64,000 nt of DNA, from NCBI RefSeq assembly GCF_009914755.1, contig NC_060927.1; one strand, 5' to 3'. Both the position numbers and the translations under genes were made by a program. This stretch comes from the human T2T-CHM13v2.0 reference genome, Homo sapiens. This document shows positions 46,959 to 62,258 of the stretch, in pieces (within the stretch, counting starts at the first letter, position 1; each line of letters opens with the position of its first letter). Under the pieces are notes generated by a model, which did no database searches, was not told the DNA's origin, and saw only the letters and a program-made list of their open reading frames with translations.

Positions 46959-48495
46959 TAGGATAAAGCAAGAAGAGATAGATGAAGAAACCTGAGAAAT
47001 ATTCAGATAAGTCTTCAGAATGAGAATGCATAGAGCAGTTATCTGCTAGTTATCTAACCTCTTCCCAGTTGCAGAATATAAGCATGGTCTGAAAAAAATC
47101 TCTTTGTAGAAAAGTTTCTATGAGAACTGGCATCTTCTATCTTGTTCTTGAGGCTAGAAATCCCAGGCACTTTCTCACTATAATTTTCCTTCCAGTGAGA
47201 TACTTGTAGTAAAATGCCTTATGAATGTCTTTACATTTGAAAAAGAAAATGTGATTAGAGCTTGTTTCAGCACACGGAATGATACTATATGATTATCATC
47301 TAGTAATTTCTAAATCGATGTATTAGACAAACATGTATTTAACATGGATGCTAAGCATTATGCTTGATGTTGAATATACAACAATGAATATGGTCATATC
47401 CTTACCATCAAAACAGGCACAATCTGGGCTAAGAGGGGAGAAACACAACATACATAACTACACAACATAAATGTGTTAAATGGTTTCTTAGCATATGAAT
47501 GAAGATGGGAATACTCTGATGGTAGTAATAACTGATTCTTCTGTCAGGGAGAACAATTAGAAAATTTCAGATACAACATTTGAGCTAAGCTTTAAAGGTT
47601 TTTAAGCACGGGGACGAACAGATCAGAGCTATATAGGAAAGATGGCTGTAATTGGTGTATTGAGGAGGAAATGGAGAAATTAAATATTGAAGTGATGTAA
47701 TGCTACAAAGTAATGATAGAGTCCAGAGGTGATGTGGGGCTGAATTTGGGCAGTGAAGAGAAAGGAAAGCATGGCTAAGACCGAGATTTTGGAGGTAATC
47801 TCATGAGCCATGAAGGACAGGTGGTAACAGAGTTTGAGGAAGGAAGAAAGAAAGCTAAGGAAGGGTCACAATTTACTTTCAAGTACTTAGTGTAGATTAC
47901 TAGAAGGTTTTTTTTTTTTAATTGTTTGTTTGGGGAGACTGCAGGGGGTAGTGATTACAGGTCTAGTTTTGTGAATAGCAAAGTGGGATTTCCAGCATAT
48001 TATTCTAGTGGAAGTGCTCTGTAGAAAGTTCACAGATGGGCTTGGAGTTTAGAAGAGCCAGTTCTGCAATTATTTACATTGGAGGCCCTCAGTGTGTAGC
48101 CACCAGTGTGATGGCAGAGGCATTTTTGGCTGATGTTCCTTAGGGAGTAGCTCTTTTTGATTACCTGTCTAAGCCTCATTTTCTGAGACTCAGTTACTCA
48201 AGTTTGGTTACTATGTTCCTCATCAGTAAAAAAAGGAATAGCAATAGTACTTATACTATGGATTGCTGGTGGGAAGATTGATAAGCCAGAGCATATACAG
48301 AATAGTGTCTGACATCTAGTAAGACATGTAGCGAGATCTACGTTAGTTATTACTATTGTGGTTGGTGTTGCTATTGTTATTGTTCTTATTTGCTTAAGAG
48401 CAGAGAGGACTGTTGATGGTGAATATAAACCACTCCTCCAAGGCATATAGACATGAAAGACACAAGAGACATGGACCAAACCTTAAGAGAAAGCC

Positions 48496-48712
48496 TTTTT
48501 TTTTTTTCTTGAGATGGGGTCTCACTCTGTCACCCAGGTTGGAGTGCAGTGGTGCAATCTCAGCTCATTGCAATCTGTCTCCCAGGCTCAAGGGGATCCT
48601 CCCACCTCAGCCTCCTGAGTAGCTGGGACTACAGGCACGTGCAGCCACACCCTGCTATTTTTTTTGCATTTTTGGTAAAGACTGGGTTTTGCCGTGTCGT
48701 AGTCTGGTCTCG
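48496..48712 (-). mobile_element. 5'-truncated Alu
   Basis: Right arm plus part of the left arm; TSD GAAAGCCTTT on both sides. Confidence 0.9.
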
Positions 48713-51700
48713 GAAAGCCTTTAAAAAATGAGATGGAGAAATAAGTATATTTATAAGGTTATATAAATCAAGAGGGAGATTGAAGATACAAGAGAGATGG
48801 GAAAAATTTGAAGCTAGGGGTAAGTGGACATATTTCTGGACCCTCACCTGGTTGGGTGCTTGAATGACATGATAAAGGCTTAGAAACAGCTTCAGAGGGG
48901 AATGAGAAAATAGGCTATCCTGGGTTTCTTCTTTTGTTGTCAGTCTTTAAAGTTCTGTTGATTTTACTGGAACCTAGATTTTCTTCTCTATTAATACTTT
49001 AGTTCAGTCCTATAATATCATACTTTCTATTCATACCCTACCTCCCAGTTCAGTCTCTAAATAGCCAATCAGTTTTATATTTAACATATACATATTCTGA
49101 TACTTTCCCAGTGAATTTCTAGTGTCTGCATGTTGCCCTCAAAAAGAAAAAAAGAAAAGATTCCTTAGAATGTTCCTTTATTCTAACTCATCTTCTTCAA
49201 TATGTCTAAGGTTTCAGTAATTCTGAACTATCAGATGCAATTTCATTAGGTTGACCATATACCATATTGTCCAAAACATAACACTTTTGAGAGTGAATTG
49301 GAGTACTATTAAACAATTCTATCAAGTCAACAGGCAAAAACTGGATCCCACCATCTGTGACCCTCCTGACTTTTCACATTTGTGTCATATAATCTACTGT
49401 TCATTTTCCTTGAAATATCCTCTCTGTCATCAACCCCATTCTCTCCTTGGTGAAATCCTACCCATCTTTTAAAATCCAACTCAACTGCCAAGTGCCAAAG
49501 GTAATCAATTCCCTCTGATTTCCCAGGGCAGCTTAGTTAGCCATTTCCTCATCTTTGTTTTCATGACACACATTTTATATACCCCTGTTTCAACACTTAT
49601 GTTGTTTTGTAACTTGTTTGCTTGTATCTTTACCCTTTCTATTCTACCGCAAACTCCTAGAATATAGAATATTGAGGTATCTTCGGCATCTGGTGTAGTG
49701 TCAGGCCCATAGAAGTCATTCATAATAAAATCACAGATGCCTTTGAATTGTTATCATTTGTGTCAATTTCTTACTAGATAGCAAATTCATGGAGACTTTT
49801 TTCCAGTTGTTTTTAATTCTCTTTAGTAGTAGCAAATTTTCTGGTAGGTAGTAGGTCCTGAGCTATATTTGTTGAATGAAACAATAAAAAGACACTGAAA
49901 AATAGTTAAGTTTCAGGCTACTGGTATATAATTCTAAAACCCTGTTTTTAAAGGAATGTAGTATTTTATAGAGTTCTTCCTTGTTAGATAATTTCCAACC
50001 TAAATTTTCGGCCTTGGGTTTATTTTCCAGAGAGATTATTTTTTGGGGGTAATGACAATTTAACTCTATAATATTTAAAATACTTGGACAAGCAAATCCT
50101 TTTGCCATCAGTTGAATTTAAATGTGCATTTTTTTTTTTTCACTCACTGAATATGTGAGTATGAAGTAGAACAACCTGTATCCTGGATCTGATTCGGGTT
50201 CTTGAACTGGGCTTTACTGTTTGTGTAGTGAGAGGTCATGGGGAGTTTTTTGTGAATCAACTGAAGAATTATGATTTTCATATAGAAAGAACAGATGCTG
50301 CTTTGTAAACAACAGGAGTATTAGCTGCTTTGTAAACAACAGGAATATTAGTTGCTTTTCACAAAGTGCCTTCCATGGAGAACTTAGAAGCAAGCCCTTC
50401 CCTTCTGATGGGGAAATAGATTGCTTGGCTATCTGCCTGAACACTTGGGAGCTTCCAAATATTCTCTGATGGTATTTGCTGGCTTAGCATTTTAGCTACT
50501 TTGCTCTCTACTGGTTGCTGTATTCAGATAAGATAAAACACAAGAGGTAGGATTTTTATTTTGAAGTAGTTACTGCAGAACCTTCAAACTATTAAACTAG
50601 TTGTTAGGTGACACTTTATTATTTGAAGTAATTTATGCTGTCAAAGGCTGAAGCTGTCTCATCCATAAACAGCTACCACTCTGAGGTGTCACAGACCAAG
50701 GGAATTGGGATTTTTATTATTGGTTTTATTTTTAGCTTGTGTCAGTCAGCCACGCTGACTGAGGGCTGACACTAAAGCCAGTATATAATGAGATGTCATG
50801 ATTTGTTACTTTTATGTATTCACCTTGGGACAGTCATTATACCAAGTGAGCAGTTCACAATGTCTCTTCCTGTGGCTCTTAGTGCCATCTTTGGTTCCTG
50901 CTGTTCTTGCAGTCATCTTTCTCTTTCTCCTGCCAGGACCATCTCTAGCCAGAGCTTTCCACCTCTATTACTGATAGCTCCAGGCTCCTGGGGTTCAACT
51001 AATGTCTGAAGCTAAAGGCAGATCTCTCATTGAAGTGTTGTTTCCCAGAGTGTTGCATAGAGCTGTGTGTGAAGTTACTGAGAAAAGACACACCCAGCCT
51101 TATGTACTGGCATGTTCCCTCTTCCACTTGCAGACAACAGGGGTGCAGTTGGTCCAATTGACCATTACTGCTGATCAAATGGGCCCTCAATGAACTGTAG
51201 TGTCCAGCTGTAAAGCATTCTTCAGAGACAGGGTTTAAGGATGTCGCCCAGATCCTAAAGTGACCGCCCAAGGTTAGAAAAGACCATGATACTTTTAAGT
51301 GACTTTAAAAACTGTGATCTACTATTATTCTGAGTCTCAGATGAATTGATTCCTAATTTTTATTTTGTGCTCAGAAGGTTGGCAGTGATATATTTATTAC
51401 GAAAATTATTACAATAATAAAATAAATGTGATGGTACAAAAGGATACTTCTTTTGCCATCAATAGGAGAATTAAAAAGAGTTGCTATGAAAATTTCTGTT
51501 CTTGTCTTTTGTTGAATATATATGTACACTATTTTTGTTGGCTATGCTGGAAGGAGATGGTGGGATCCTAGGGTATATACATGTTCAGTTTTAGTAGATA
51601 CTTTGTTTTTCATTTAATGTGCTGCCATATTTATTTATTGCTACATAATCATTAAACTAATTTTAAGTTATGTAATATTTCATCAAGTGGTTATAATACA

Positions 51701-54700
51701 GTTTACCTAATTCCTTTCTTACTGTTTCAGTATTTTGCTGGTTTACAATTTCAGAAACCCTTAAAAGAGAGTTTACAAAATCTTTAGTAATTTTGGATAT
51801 AACTATTTTTATTTTATTTGTGGAATGCTCAAATGACATTCTAAAGAAGACATTCATAGCACACATATGCACTCATTTACTATCTAACTTAAACCAGGCA
51901 TTGAGAGAGGTGCTATGTTTATGAAAGGAAAATAAACACTACCTTCGGCACTCAGAGAAATTTGTCACCATGTGTCTGGGTCAGAATCTCTCCCTCTCAC
52001 ATCTCTTTTTAAGCACAACTCGTAGAGTACACTGCAAACTGTACCTGGATATTTTCATTTAACATTTTGTGGTGATTTTTTCCTATCAGCTCATACAGAT
52101 CTGCTTTGTTCTTCTTAGTAGTTCATGCCATTTTAATTTGTTGAATTACTAATTATCATATTACTCAAATAAATATACCAACAGGTTGAAAAATCAATAA
52201 CCAAGGACTAAGATATTAATCTATAGATTTTGGTAAAAATTTCCACTGTAGAAAGAGCCTTTTCAGACAGCAAGCCCCATTTTTGATAAATATTTCTTTA
52301 CAAATATAATTTGTCTCTATAAAGTGGGGGACTATTAATTATTTAATTATTCCATTTTTCAGTGACTATTACCTTCACTGTTCATTTCTTTCCTCAAATG
52401 GGGTGACTAAAATTCTGGTGTATTATTCAATTACACCAACGAAACACAGCAAGTGGTATTAAAGCTGGGATTACAGTTCAGGGGCTCTACTGGTTTCAGG
52501 GACTGCTTATTAAGTCATGTTTCAATTAGGGCATCATTTCATATTCCCTGGTGCCTCATGCACATGCAAAATGTTTAAGTTAAGGAGTTTATGTTTTTAA
52601 GATCTCTAAATTGCATTTGAACATAAATTCCAGGAAGCAGATTCACCTTCAGAATAAAAAAGAATTTTATAAGAAGGGGGTCATGCAGTTAGGCGTCCAG
52701 GCTTGGAATGACTGCGTTTTGTTCCTCCTCCCTAAGGATATGTGGAAGTAGCCCCAAGGCCCTGTGCATAGCTTATTGTGTGAGAAACTGAACTATGATC
52801 AGATGAGCATGGAGCATGTCTCAGATTTGGAAGTGTTTTTTTCTCTTCCTCTATTGTTCTTTGTGATGTTTAGGTGAAGCTTTCTATAGCCACAAAATCT
52901 AAGTCAATGCAATGGTAGTAGTAGGTGCCTCATAAATACTTTATTAAATTGGCTTTTTGTTTGACTTATTTTTGCTTAGAAGTTTCTATTTTTAAGGTTT
53001 CATCTCTTCAGTATCCATTGACATATATGTGGAAAACAAGGATAAAAAGTACAATATTTCAAAATAAATAAGATACTTAATATTTAAACTAATGTAAATG
53101 TGTGTTAAATATCCAATGATCGGCATGACAAATGCATGGAGAAATATTAGTGTGACCTTTTTGGAATGTGTTTATTTACTACTTTAAACAAATATAAAAC
53201 AGAAACGTGTAATAGTAAAGAATTTCTAGTGTATCCTCAAGCAATATATGTACATATGATATATATATATATATACACAATCTAGTCCTGTAAATCTTAA
53301 ATGTACATAGTATGCTAATGCTCAATTTGATAATTTCTTTTCAAAATTACTATATCCTGCTGCTAAGAACAAAACACATATTAAAATCAGCTTTCTATGC
53401 TTTTCCAATGAGATGTAAGACAGCACACCCACATACCCAATATTTATTATATGTTGAAGGGTAAGCCAGTAGTCTTCAGATAATGAACAAAGATAAACAT
53501 TTAGAAAAATCCTTCTCCTTTTTTAAAAAAGGTCCACCTCCAAGCAGCTTCATATTTTTCACCTGTCAACCACTTAAATGTTTCTTTAATGAGAAACAAA
53601 CTGCTTTTTTTTTTTTTAAATAAAATAATGGTATATTTTTGCTACCATGAATGATGTAAGGGGGTTGTTGTACTTTTCCTATGGGAAAAATAACTTTATT
53701 TAAGTTGTTGAACAAACTCTGAAAATAGGCTCCATAAAGAAAACCTTCATCATATCAATAGCATCATAGCATTTTCTCAGTGAATTTTATCATCAATACA
53801 ACAGCTAAATTAATATAATATATCAAAGAGCATCTTGAATAAAATTGAGACCCACTTCTGCCAAATGAATATTTCCTGAGCAGAATTAATTACTCTATAC
53901 TTTTTAAATTAATCAAGCAAATGTTTTAGAAACATCAAAAAACTGTGTATACATAGTATTTATTCTTTTAACAATGATATTCCCTACTGAATAATATTTT
54001 GATGAATAGAATTTCTCTTTTATAAAAAGGATAGGGAGACATTGGATATGATAAGAATGCTGTGAAGTTTAATATTTCACAATTTAACAAGGAAGTACGT
54101 TTTACTGTATTTTTGTACCTACACATGCTATTCATCAACCAGCTCTTTACAACATGGTCATTTTTTTTGCCCAAACTGGAACAGTTAGAACAAATATTTG
54201 TTGAAGTTAGTTACAGAGAATAGAACCAAGTTTAAGCAGAACAAGATTTATCACAGGATGTTAAATGGCTTGCTGAATCTTTGGGATTGCTCAAGAAACA
54301 GATGCTAGGTTGAACTTTCAAGGACCAGTACAAAAGCTACACTCCTGAAGTGAGCTGCCAAGGGAGCAGCTGTTGTTGCCATGACCAGGAAGCTGTCTGT
54401 TTAACTGGGAAGCTGCTATGAAGGACCCCAGTTTCAGGATCCTTGTTGTCTCTGCCACAATTTCTAGTTAGCAAACTAGATGTCTCGTGCCATTCTCTCC
54501 CATTTGCTTCAGATCTAAATTCTGGTCTTGCTTGAGTACATCTGATGGCAGAGGCTGATATCTAGAAAGCTGATTACAAGAGAGTAGAGAAGTTCAGCTT
54601 TTAACTTTCTGGACTTTGTAGTATACAAAGGCACATTAGAAGGAGATTGGAAAACATATTAATCAAATCAGTTTATACCATATGCCACAGAAAAGAACAA

Positions 54701-55624
54701 TAACACATAGGAATGCACAGGTTAAATAACTATTAAAATCTTAAATGATGGCAGATGTAGTTTATTGGTTTTATTGCATATTCAGAATATTGATTCTTTT
54801 TCACAACACCCTTAGTTCTTGCCTAGAAATTTCAGTTCCCAATCCTTTTTTTGACCGTTTCCAAAATCTGACATTTCCATAACCATTTCAGTATCTTAAC
54901 CCTCTGACTTCTCAACACCACTCCTTTGCTTCACTCCCCTACTTGTACTATGTACAGCTATGCTTCCATACTTACTGGTAATCGTCTCTTTAGAATGCTC
55001 TCCCTACTTACTTTTCTGGACTGCTTTAATTCCTATCCACTCCCAAGGATCAACACAAAGTATTATTCCTTCAATGGAGCCCTCTTAAGCATACATTTCA
55101 CAATGATAGTTTCTTAATTGAACTTGTGATAGTATTAGTTCTCTGTATGCCACATGTTACCTCCTGTATTAGCATTAGACTTCTTGGTTACCAGCAATTG
55201 AAATTGACCCAGTTTATCTGGATGAATATCAGGGATCCACAGAATCATTGAAAGGTTGAACACCAGGCTAGATAGTGAATTATAACAAAGGTTAGGCAGC
55301 TTATATAACAGCAAATATTAAACTCGAGTTCTCATGCTTTCACTATGCATCAGGGAAATCTAAAAACCACCAATCTCCATATTGTTATATCACTTGTTCA
55401 AGATTTGAATTCCCAAGTGTGTAGTAGAGTTTCTGATTGGGGGAACCTGAGTCAAGTGCACATAGCTTTGAGTCATATGTAAGATCTGCTGCCAGAATCA
55501 GAGACAAGAGATAGGAGTCAAAAGAGTGGGCCACATTCAGGCAAAATACAAAAGACCTAGAGGGGCCAGAGGCAACAACTGCCTTAAGGAGCAAGCTTAT
55601 CATTTATTTCCCCTTTCCATCGTG

Positions 55625-55875
55625 GTATTGTAGCATAGCATAGGAACAAGGAGATTAAGAACATCTCCTTTATAGTCTGATAGACCCTGGCTAGAGTTCC
55701 AGCTTTGCCACTTCTTGCTCTAGGATACTGGGCAAGTTAAACTCCCAAAGTCTCTGTTTCCTCATCAGTAAAATGACAATAAATTTAGTAACTACCTCAT
55801 GGTATTTTTGAGAAATTCAAATAATAGAAAACACTTATCAGAGAACACCACAAAAGCTTGCTATAAATGTTTTCT
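55625..55875 (+). mobile_element. MIR SINE
   Basis: ctgggcaagttaa...ctctgtttcctcatcagtaaaatg core. Confidence 0.75.
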
Positions 55876-56164
55876 TGCTACATGTCTTTTGCTATATTTT
55901 AATTCATTTATTTGTTAATTTTAATGATGGAGCATGGAGTCTAAACTGAGTGTAACTGATGGCTTGGAGGAGAGACCATCTAAGGTGGTAAGATCAATGG
56001 ATTGATAATCTTGGTAGGGTTAAATAATTATCAGAAAATTATTAGGCCAGTTGGAAAGATAGTTTGTGGTCAAGGAGTGAAGTCTTTGAAATTGGTATTG
56101 AGGTATAATTCTTGGTAATTACAAGGTCTAGTAACGACAAGGACATAGTTGGTAATGACAAGAA

Positions 56165-56656
56165 AGTATCCAATAGAAATATAATGCAAGCTACATATGT
56201 AATATTGTGATCTAGTAGTTACATAAAAAGTAAAAAGAGATAAGATTAATTTTAATAACATTTTGTTTAACCAAATGTATCCAAAATTATAATATAAACA
56301 TATAATTGATTTAAAATTATTAAATATATTACTTTCTTTTTACATTCTAAACCTTTGAAATTTGGTGAGTTTCATACATACAGTGCATCTCAATTAGGAA
56401 GTTAAATTTGTGTTGGAAATACTTGATTCGTATTTAGATTTTAAAACTTTTACAAGTATAAAAGTAAATTTACAAACCCAAGCCAATCCAAGCATTCTTA
56501 AAGTTTTTCAACAACGAAATTTCTTATTATTTAAAAAGTTACACTTAAATAAAATAAAATACAATTTAAAAGTTAGTCCCTGGTCAGTCACACTAGCCAC
56601 ATTTCAAGGGTTCATTAGTACATGTGGCTAATGCCCAGTATATTGGACAGTGCTGG
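56165..56656. mobile_element. MER3/MER33-like hAT-Charlie element
   Basis: tccaatagaaatataatgcaagctacatatgtaat...ctagccacatttcaag...catgtggcta...tattggacagtgc. Confidence 0.75.
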
Positions 56657-57127
56657 TCTGGGGTGTGACGATTGGAGTAAGTTGCTGAGGAAAGGTAGAT
56701 GGCAAAATCATTGGAAGAGATAAGATCAAGAAAAAGGGAGGCCAAGGTATGAGAAGGCACATCTAAGATGTATGATGGGTTGTGTTGGAGAGAGTGGAAT
56801 TACTCAGGAATCATAATAGAAAAATAAGGGATAGTGTGGATTTGACAGATGACTTACAACAAGCTAACAAACTGTAGGATTTCAGGGATATGTGGGTAAA
56901 GAAAAATGATTTGGAAATCAGAATGAGGAGCAAAGAAAAAAAAAAGAGACATGCACTCGAATTCCTAGACAAGTGAGGAGGATGGAATTAAAAACAGCCA
57001 CTTCTTGGGAGAGCTACAGTAAAGACATACCTTCAGGGAAAAGCTAGGCAAGCAGATGAGGGGAACTTGCAGGAATCAAGTCGACTTAAAAAAGATTTTG
57101 CTGTGGCATATCAAGAGTGGCAGAATA

Positions 57128-57505
<378 letters not shown>

Positions 57506-58404
57506 TTAACTGGGACAGGCAAAGCAATATGGAGATAAGGTTCAAGTGTTGAAGAATCTTGGGCTTCTGGTGGTGACTGACTTAAATAGGGTAAAAGTCA
57601 TAGAAGAGATAAACTCTGTTTTCCTTGTTTCTTTCCTAGTGCTGGGGAAAGGAGTATAGACGTCTTGTTTTTAACTGTACCAGTACTTACTTTTATGCTT
57701 ACCCTTCCAAAAGCATTTTAGTGTGTCTTAGTCTTATTTCAAAAATCAACAGTGAAATTATACATATGCGCACATGCACACGCACACACACACATTTTAT
57801 TGGAGCCACTCATTCCCCAATTTAAGATGATGAATTATGCATATATTTACTTTCCCTCAATTCTTCACATCCCTTTCTTTATTAATATAATCTCAGCTTT
57901 TATATCTAGATTATTATTACTAAATCATAGTTTCACATGTAAAGATTCTCTTTCAAGAATAATTTTAGACAGTTGAAGTCAGTTGTATCATTAGATTTAT
58001 AAGTACATAGGCAGTTCTCTGATTTTATTTGTACCGTTGGTTCTTTCATAATGTGGTTCATTTTTTACATCTTTTCTTTTTGTTTCTTCTGATACAGAGT
58101 TAATGTTTGCATTTTCTTTCTAGGCATGGACATGGATGACATATTTTTGACCTTTTAAATAAGACTGTATTTCAGTTACCTGTGATTACAACTGTCTCAT
58201 CTCAAAACTCTGCAGACATTTCTCCATTAACTTCTGGTATTTTGAGATTCTAGAGAGAATTTTGGTTCAGCTGGATGTTTGCTCCTTTGTTTCTGAGAAC
58301 GTGTAAAGTGTTTTTCTATTTTTTTCGGCGTTTTCATTTAAAAATTTCACCCAGATGTTTCTCTTATAATTTTGCTTGGAATTCATACTCAATACTTGTT
58401 AAAG

Positions 58405-60815
58405 CAATTTTTAAATTGTAAAAAAAGGTATGTAATATAAAACTTGCCATTTTTACCATTTTAAAATGTATAATTCAATGGCATTAATTACGTTTACAAT
58501 GTTGTGCAACCATCACCACTATATAAAAAGTTTTCATCAACCCAAACAGAAATTTTCAACAAATTGAGCAATAACTTCTTCTCCTCTCCCTCCAGCCTCT
58601 GGTTACTTCTAATCTACTTTCTGCCTCTGTGTATTTGCTTATTCTAGGTATTTCATAAAAGTGGAATTATACAATATTTGTGCCTGGCTTATTTTATTTA
58701 GCATAAGGTTTTCAAGGTTCATCCATGTTGTAGTGTACGTCAGAGCTCCATTGCTTTTCATGGCTAAATAATATGTCATTATATTATATATAGCACATTT
58801 TGTTTATCTCTTCATCTGTTGGTGGGCATTTGGAGTGTTTCCACCTTTTGACTATTGTAAATAATACTGCTATGAATTTTGCCAAAAATTATCTGTTTGA
58901 ATGCTTATTTTCAATTCATTTAGGTATATACCTAGGAATGGAATGGATAGTTACATGGTAATTCTATGTTTAATTTTTGAGGAAGGGCCAAACTGTTTTC
59001 CATAGTGGCTGCGCTGTTTTACATTTGCACCAGCAATGCAGGAGGGTTTCAATTTCTCTACATCTTTGATGACATTTGTTATTTTTTGATTTATTAATAA
59101 TGAAACGGCCATCCTAATGGGTATGGAATGGTATCTCATCTTGGTTTTGATGCATATTTCCCCAATAAGTAATCATGTTGAATATCTTCTCATCTGCTTA
59201 TTGGCGGCCATTTGTGTATCTTCTTTGGCAAAATGTCCATTTAGGTACTTTGTCAATTTTTTAATTGGGCTGTTTGTCTTTTTGCTTTTGAGTTGTAGAA
59301 GTTCTTTATATTTTGGATATTAAATACATGAGATTTTTAAATATTTTATCCCACTATGTGGCTTGTCTTTCCACTATCTCTCTTTTTTTGGAGGTGGGAT
59401 CTCATGCTCACCCAAACTGGAATGCAGTGGCATGATCATAGCTCTCTGTAACCTCGAACCCCTGGGCTCAAGCAATTCTCTCTCCTCAGTCTTCCAAGTA
59501 GCTCAGACTACAAACACATGCCACCACACCCGGCTAGTTTTTAAAATTTTTTTTGGTAAAGATGGGGTCCCCCTGTGTTGCCAAGACAGATCTCAAATTC
59601 CTGGCCTCAAACAAACTTCCTACCTCCACCTCTCAAAATGTTTGGATTACAGGCATCAGCCACCATGCCTGGTCTCTCTTGATAGCATCTTTTGATGCAC
59701 AAAATTTTTAATTTTAATGAAGTCCATTTGATCTATTTGTTCTTTTGTTGCCTGTACTTTTTATGTCAGACTCATAAAACCATTGCCAAATCTAAGGTCA
59801 TGAAGATTTACTCCTATGTATTCTTCTAAAAGCGCTTTAGGTTTTTTTTCTCTTTTGAGCCATTTTGAATTCATTTTTTTATATAATGTAAGGTAAAGGT
59901 CCAACTTCATTCTTTCCCATGAGGATATTGTCTAGTTTTTTAAGGCATTATTTGAAGAGACTGTTTGTTCCTCACTGAATGTTCTTGGCACCCTTGTCAA
60001 AACCAATTGACCATAAATGTGAGGATTTATTTCTGGGCTGTCCATTTTATTCTATTGGTATATATGTCTATAGTTATGTCATTACTATACTGTTTTAATT
60101 ATTGTAGCTTTGTGTTAAGTTTTGAAATCAAAAAGTATGAGTGAGTCTTTTAACTTTGTTCTTTTTCAAGATTATTTTGGTTCTTCTAGCTCCGTTGAAA
60201 TTCCACAAAAATTTTAGGATGGGTTTTCCCATTTCTGCAAAAACACTTTCGGGATTTTGATAGAGATTGCATTGACTGGGTAAATCACTTTGGGTAGTAT
60301 TGTCTTCTTGACCATATTAAGTATTACAATCTGTGAACACAGTGTGTCCTCCCATTGATTTTGATCTTCTTTAATTTCTTTCAGCAATGTTTATAAAGTG
60401 TATAAGTCTTGTGTTTCTTGGTTACATTTATTCCTATTTTATTATTTTTGATGTTATTGAAGATGGAATTTTCTTATTTTCCTTTGTGCACTGTTTATTG
60501 CAATGTGGAAATACAACTGATTTGTTCATGTGTCGATTTTGTATCCTGCAACTTTGCTGAATTTATTGGTTTTAAATGTTTGTGTGTGTGTATGAGTGTG
60601 TGTTTGCACACATGTGCAGACTCCATATGTGTTACTACGTATAAGAACCTGTCATCTGTGAACAGAGATAGTTTTACTTCTTCCTTTCCTATTTAGATGC
60701 TTTTATTTCTTTTTCTTGTCTACATGCTCTTGCTAAAACTTCCAGTATCTTGTTGAGTAGAACTGATCTTAGAGAAAAAGCTTTTAGTTTTTTGCCATTG
60801 AGTATATTAGCTACA
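58405..60815 (-). mobile_element. L1MB-type LINE (3'UTR plus decayed ORF2 C-terminus), interrupted by an Alu
   Basis: L1MB 3' end (acaatgttgtgcaaccatcaccact); minus-strand MRYHSIPIRMA resembles L1 ORF2 MRYHLTPVRMA. Confidence 0.88.
59380..59673 (-). mobile_element. Diverged AluJ in L1
   Basis: ctggaatgcagtggcatgatcatagctc...ttacaggcatcagccaccatgcctgg. Confidence 0.88.
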
Positions 60816-61858
60816 ATTTTTTTTTTTTTGCAGTTTAGAATATTATATGCACTCTCACCCCTCCTTCTATTCTTATTTTTTAGTTCTATTTGCTGTGGTG
60901 TATTTTTTGGAAGTATAAGCTATTCATGTGTTAGTTTCCTGTTTTATGCTCTCCAAAATTATAATCTTCTTTTCTATTGTTTTCATCCCTCTGCTCATTT
61001 CTTCTTGATTTTAGGAAGTCTTTTTAAATTTTGCTTTATATATTGCTGATTCTATTTTCTCAGTTTGAGTTTAGTTCTGCTGTCTCTTCCGTATGGGTTT
61101 TTATTTTGGCATTGCATATTTAATTTCCTGTGATCCACTCCACATTGTACATATTTCTTTTTTTTTCTTGCTTGTTCTCTTACTATGATTTTCTGTCTTT
61201 TCCTAGAGACTGGCATCTCTTTATATTATATTTTACATTTGCATTACCTTACAAATACACAAATACAATACAAAATGTATTTACATACATTAACATGCAT
61301 GAGAATACCAGTGAATTTTATAAAACTTTACCTTGGATATGGCAATAGGTCTCCTTTCTATGTCCTTCTATACCTCAGTTTATATTTACAGTATTTAGTA
61401 AACATATGTGTTGAATTTTTGATTAATATCTGTCATACATACATGACCGTAACTTAATGCAGAGAGAAAGAATGTCTGGATTACTTTCCTTTCTATATCT
61501 AGTGCCTGGAACAGTGCTGATTACATAAAACAAGTTAAAATATATTCAGTGTAAAAATGAACAAATTAATGGTTCTTAGAGTAATTTCCATCTTTACCTT
61601 ATTGTATATTATATATTTTTTACATATACAACAGGTTGAGCTGTTACATTTATTAATTTATTAACAAGGTGAGATCTGGCCTCACTTAAGATTTTTAAAC
61701 ATGAATATCCCTAGCCATACTCTTGTCTATTTGAGTGGTAGTTGGATTTTTGTTTGTGTGTGTTTTTCAACTGATGTCAAAAGGCAATTGGCATTCAATT
61801 CCAGTTTCTATCTGGAATTCACCTTATATAGTTCTGCTTTCCTTGGGGTGCCTTCCTA

Positions 61859-62258
<400 letters not shown>

